Assembly (NCBI GenBank): GCA_964398115.1
Contig: CAYNLP010000001.1
Coordinates: forward strand, 1 to 37,579
DNA: 37,579 nt
Origin: an uncultured Methanosarcinales archaeon
GTDB lineage: Archaea; Nanobdellota; Nanobdellia; Woesearchaeales; CAYNLP01
Reading direction: 5' to 3'
Every line of letters begins with the position of its first letter. The first letter of the stretch is position 1. A program made the position numbers and the translations under genes. This document shows positions 36,513 to 37,579 of the stretch, piece by piece. Under the pieces are notes generated by a model. That model searched no databases, was not told the origin of the DNA, and was given only the letters and a program-made list of their open reading frames with translations.

Positions 36513-37196
36513 TTAGAGATAGTTGCTTGGTATAGACTTAGCTAGTGATTGACTAAATTCATTTAATCTTATTTTTTCAAATCTTAATATCCTACGATTT
36601 GGTATTTCAAACTCTAACTCATCACTGTCTAAACTATCTTTTTTCAGACAGTCATAAGACGAAAAAATCTCGTAATAAGGAAATTGTAATATTTCTCGAG
36701 TTTGTTTTTTATCTATCCTCCAAACTTTTGGTGGTCGTCCTCTACTACTTGGCTTGGATTTTTTAACTTTAACTAGACCAGATTTCTTTATCTCTTTCAG
36801 AAAATTGTATTGTGTTGATCGGCATTTCGTAACTATATCTTGTTCGAGAAGTTCTCCTATATATTCACTTTGTTCTATTCTATTCTGCTTATTTAGAATT
36901 GTTAATGCATTCATAACATCTTTACTTATTTCTTTATTCCATAACATAGTGAATAGCTTTTGAACGTTCCAGAACATTTTACATAGTGAAAGAAATTTTT
37001 TGTATGGTTTTGGAACTCTTAACCTATCGGAACCACGTTTTTTTCTTGCGTACCTTAACCATTTTTTTGGAAAATATTCTCTTTCTAATTGTTTTAATTG
37101 TCCTTCCGTTACCGTAAAAGTTTCTTTAGGATTTGTAAGTTTCCATACGTCTTCTTGTTCTTCAAATCGGCATTTCTGTATTTTCTCTAGCACCAT
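36513..37196 (-). CDS. Winged-helix DNA-binding protein of the element
   Basis: RSTQYNFLKEIKKSGLVK...SSRGRPPKVWRI recognition helix and wing. Confidence 0.7.
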   Translation of the reverse strand: MVLEKIQKCRFEEQEDVWKLTNPKETFTVTEGQLKQLEREYFPKKWLRYARKKRGSDRLRVPKPYKKFLSLCKMFWNVQKLFTMLWNKEISKDVMNALTILNKQNRIEQSEYIGELLEQDIVTKCRSTQYNFLKEIKKSGLVKVKKSKPSSRGRPPKVWRIDKKQTREILQFPYYEIFSSYDCLKKDSLDSDELEFEIPNRRILRFEKIRLNEFSQSLAKSIPSNYL

Positions 37197-37234
37197 ACTA
37201 CTATATGTATAATACCTATTATATAAATGTTGGG

Positions 37235-37290
37235 TTTTTGTACTAATAAGAAATACGGAAAACCCCCTGTATATAGTATTTTTGTACTAA
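37235..37290. promoter_or_regulatory. Pair of 12-bp direct repeats TTTTTGTACTAA in a divergent promoter region
   Basis: Copies at 37235-37246 and 37279-37290, 44 bp apart. Confidence 0.5.
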
Positions 37291-37335
37291 ATTCACTGAG
37301 TTAAATTTAATTATAACCTTTTATACAGTCTAAGT

Positions 37336-37509
37336 ATGGGAAAAACAAAGTACAAACACGCTTATCTCAAACCGAAAACGCACAAGCAGTTGAAACTCTT
37401 CGCTATAGATAACGACTTGAGAGGAAGTGACCACGCAGTACAAAAACTGCTCAAAAAGACGGATAATTGGCAGTATGAAATCGAAAAGAAAAATGACGCA
37501 GAAACTTGA
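37336..37509 (+). CDS. Ribbon-helix-helix-like small regulator, 57 aa (not in ORF track)
   Basis: MGKTKYKHAYLKPKTHKQLKLFAIDNDLRGSDHAVQKLLKKTDNWQYEIEKKNDAET*: strand-helix-helix pattern. Confidence 0.6.
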   Translation: MGKTKYKHAYLKPKTHKQLKLFAIDNDLRGSDHAVQKLLKKTDNWQYEIEKKNDAET

Positions 37510-37579
37510 AGAATTTTCGGACGAGGAAGTTCGCATTATGTATTACCTTAAAAGAAGAGAAAAAAGAAAGCGAGGTGAA
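37493..37579 (+). CDS. Short or partial ORF running off the window
   Basis: MTQKLEEFSDEEVRIMYYLKRREKRKRGE; overlaps the RHH gene and ends in a GAGGTGA SD-like sequence. Confidence 0.35.
   Translation, partial: MTQKLEEFSDEEVRIMYYLKRREKRKRGE

Larger units (their letters stand above)
31752..37579. mobile_element. tRNA-Thr-integrated element (provirus, integrated plasmid or island); right end outside window
   Basis: Integrase directly after the tRNA, followed by non-core, mixed-orientation, AT-richer genes with wHTH/RHH regulators. The second att site is not seen. Confidence 0.75.

Overview
Archaeal chromosomal segment, most likely from a DPANN lineage (Woesearchaeota-like gene content and order, an inference). 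The very acidic proteins suggest a halophile. Core genes: exosome rrp41/rrp42, rpoK, proS, NYN protein, thioredoxin, NAD kinase, tpiA, rps19e-rpl39e-rpl31e, rpl15e, DUF655-rpoF-rpl21e, cmk, FKBP PPIase, ftsZ-secE-spt5, rpl11 and tRNA-Thr(GGT). Accessory content: a bacterial-type Lgt; a ~12.5-20.8 kb island of Cys/Asp-rich secreted proteins and two paralogous lipobox HEXXH peptidases; two pilin-like genes; MNT-HEPN toxin-antitoxin modules delimited by a thrice-repeated motif; a DUF5678-like/retropepsin pair; an HTH-LAGLIDADG-HTH gene between spt5 and rpl11; and the left part of a tRNA-integrated element (integrase, decapeptide-repeat protein, PD-(D/E)xK-like, wHTH and RHH proteins) that runs off the window. 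The best novel-system candidates are (1) Lgt plus the lipoprotein peptidase/adhesin island as a host-attachment and envelope-degrading apparatus, and (2) the repeat-delimited TA cassettes at a strand-composition switch. All family calls come from motif recognition by eye; no searches were run.
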